Part shown: positions 61,399-64,000 of the stretch, piece by piece
How positions within the stretch are numbered: position 1 is the first letter of the stretch
Layout: each line of letters opens with the position of its first letter
DNA from: Carpediemonas membranifera BICM
Taxonomy: Eukaryota; Protista; Fornicata
Assembly: GCA_019828565.1 (NCBI GenBank)
Contig: JAHDYR010000003.1
Location: forward strand, 372,001-436,000
Direction: 5' to 3'
Length of the DNA: 64,000 nucleotides
Notes under the pieces: model-generated
What the model was told of the DNA's origin: nothing
Seen by the model: only the letters and a program-made list of their open reading frames with translations
The model's database searches: none
Made by a program: the position numbers and the translations under genes

Positions 61399-64000
61399 TG
61401 TCAGCCATTTATATATGAGATACGTATTGGATAAGGGACCTTTATGTACACAGCCTGAGATTCACGCAGTCCTCTCATTTGCCGAGAAATTGGATAAGCA
61501 TGTTCGCGCGGGCGGAAAGAGGCGCTTGCTTAAGCGACTCGGACCCGCGGTGACCTCATACTGCAAGGCGATGGGTACTGATATTACCAGAAAGTATCAG
61601 GCCGCAAAACATCACGATGATGGCTCCAAAAGAACGAAGCACGAACGCGAGGACATCGTATTCCAGGCGATTGTGGACATTGTTAAGCCCTCCGATGCGA
61701 TCCTTGAGCGCCGCCTTTTCGACCTATCGACCACTGGTATCGATATTGGCCGCCTATCTCTCTATATCGACCGCTTCGCTTCCCGCCGCCGTCTCATTGC
61801 ACCCACGGGCAAGGATTCAGTCCTTCGCGGCCAGTTTTTGCGCGGAATCCAAGACGAAACGCTCAGAGAGGAGGTTTCTCACGCCTCCAAGGGTCTGTCA
61901 CTTGACGCGACCTTTTCGACCGCCCTCCTGACATGTAAGCGTCTGGAGGAAGCAATCAAGCTCACTTCAACGTCCAAGCCTGCCCCTGCTCAAGAGCGCG
62001 AACGCTCTAAGCAGTCCGCTGTCCGCAAACGCCCCCCGCGTGAGCAGCGCGAGCCTCAGGATCAGCCGCGCCAAGACAAGCGGCAGCAACACCAGCCCCG
62101 CCAGTATCAGACGCACTTCCACCAGCAAGGCCAACGTCACGGTCAGCGTCAGCAGCAGACGCAACACCACGGTCACCAGCGAGACATCGTATGCTTTAAC
62201 TGCGGCAGGCCGAACCACCGCGCTTTCGAATGCACCAGAGAGAAGGCCGTGTGCGCGAAGTGCGGCAAGTCGGGGCACCTAGACAAGTTCTGTCAGGTAA
62301 ACCCCAGATCATGCTTCTCTGTCTCTGTTTCTACGTCGGCGGCTGAAGGCCAGCGCTCCCCTACCCGTCGTGAGTGCCGTCGTCCCTATGGGTAGCGACG
62401 AATCTACCACATGGCACCGTGTCTTATTCGACTGTGGTGCTGACATTTCTCTTGTCAACCCGGCTTCCGCCAGAGCGGCCGAGCTCATTCCGACGAAGCT
62501 CGCTGCACCCATTAAGATCAAGACTCCGGGTGGAACGATCGAGACTGATACGTGTTATGAGGTGCCGTTGAAGATGTGTAAGTCACCTTTCACCCCGAAA
62601 GGTCTATCCACCACAGTCTCCGCGTATGGGGTTGACTGTGCTTATGATCTCCTCTTGTCATATCAGACCATGGTCGAGTGGGGTATTCTCCCTAGCTTGT
62701 GTGAACCGTCTCAGTCTGACAATGAAGACGCCTTGGAGCCTTTCGTGCCAGAGCCTGAGCCGCTCCAGGCGTATACTCTGTCTTCGGACTACACTCTCAC
62801 TCATGACCGCATCCTCGCAGCTTATGCTCATTGCTTTGATGCTCGAGAAGGGTTCTCAGCATTAGAGCCATACGACCTCGTACTCAAGGAGGACCGCGTC
62901 GTCGCCACGAGATCCAATTACATACCGTACCAGAAGCAGGGCCTGTTCGACGAGCACGTCAACGAACTACTGTCGAAGAAATACATCGAGGCCAGCTTCT
63001 CGCCATACTCTTCTCCAGCATTGCTCGTCCCCAAGGGCAAGGACAAGACCAGGATGGTCGTCGACTTCCGCAGAATCAACGATTTGACCACGCCATTCGA
63101 CTATCCGATCCCCGAGGTTAACACGTGCTTGACCAGGCTTGCTGGTGCCAAGGTCTTCGCCACTCTCGACCTCTCGAAAGGGTATCACCAGGTCGAGCTG
63201 ACCGAGCGTTCTAGGCAATACACGGCGTTTATGACCCCCCGTGGGAAGTTCCAATACACCGGAATGCCGTTCGGCCTGAAGAACGCTGGCGCGCACTTTC
63301 AGTACGCGATTGAGCGCGGGTTCCAGGACCTCTTAGGCGACGCCTGCATTATATATATAGATGACATTATCATCTTTGGACGCTCGGAGCAGGAATATCT
63401 GGCCAACCTCGCTAAGGTGCTCCGCCGATGTGACGAGCTCAAGCTATCGTTGAACAAGGAGAAGTCGCATTTCGGCCTAGCCGAAGTGGAGTTCCTAGGA
63501 TGGGTTGTGTCCGGCTCGGGTTTCCGGATTGCTCCAGACAGGATCCGCGATGTAGAAGGCCTGCGGCTACCGAAGACGAAGAAGGCCACGCAGGCCCTTA
63601 TGGGATTCCTCAACTTTATGAGAGACTTTGTTCCTAACTTCTCCGAGCTTATCCGACCGTTAGCCCGGGCGGCAAGCGGCAAGGAGGCTCCGGACGGATT
63701 ACCTCAGGCAGAGGCGCTGGCCAAGGTTAAGGACCGCCTCTGCCACGCACCGGCACTCGAGCACTTTGACGTTTCGAAGGATCATGTGGTCATGACAGAC
63801 GCGTCTGATCTCGGGATCGGGGGTGTTCTCCTCCAGGACGGCAAGCCGGTGTGTTATATGTCCCACGCGTTCTCAGATGTGCAGACGCGTTGGAGCACGA
63901 TCGAACAGGAAGCGTATGCGATTGTCACCGCCCTCCAGAGGTGGCGCCGTTTCCTGTGCTGGACGTCGTTTACTCTCCTCACTGACCACCGGAACCTGGT
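61399..64000 (+). mobile_element. Ty3/Gypsy LTR retrotransposon (element 3), related to element 2, truncated by the window end
   Basis: Katanin homology stops at TGTCA (61399). Gag from ATG 61415 with two CCHC knuckles, frameshift in the C run near 62358, then LFDCGAD, LDLSKGYHQ, YIDD, TDAS, TDHRNL. Confidence 0.9.

Overview
Gene-dense eukaryotic DNA from a flagellated protist. Intergenic spacers are short, and spliceosomal introns are mostly 28-38 nt, reading GT(T/A)(T/C)GT...CTCACACAG. CFAP300, a LIS1-like gene, katanin and condensin H are present. The style resembles a free-living metamonad such as Carpediemonas (inference only). The first 44 kb holds about 18 host genes: a MACPF protein, two receiver-less multi-PAS histidine kinases, a MULE-derived Zn-finger protein, GLTP, a homeobox gene, CFAP300, a membrane pseudokinase, a TmcB-like protein, NTF2, Dpy-30, CAP-H, an ABCA half transporter, GET3 and a LIS1-like gene. 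It also holds an intact chromovirus-type Ty3/Gypsy element with 57-bp LTRs and an internally deleted Fanzor (eukaryotic TnpB) with a structured omega-RNA-like 3' region. From 45 kb onward is a transposon nest inside a KATNAL2-like pseudogene: a composite IS630/Tc1 element with two transposases, a tandem LTR-element dimer inside it, and a third Gypsy element running off the window. Best leads: (i) an antisense accessory chromodomain gene in the Gypsy dimer; (ii) very short LTRs with a covarying 12-bp palindrome where the tRNA primer-binding site should be; (iii) flank-to-LTR complementarity with pseudoknot order beside element 1; (iv) the Fanzor relic with two related RNA-like modules.
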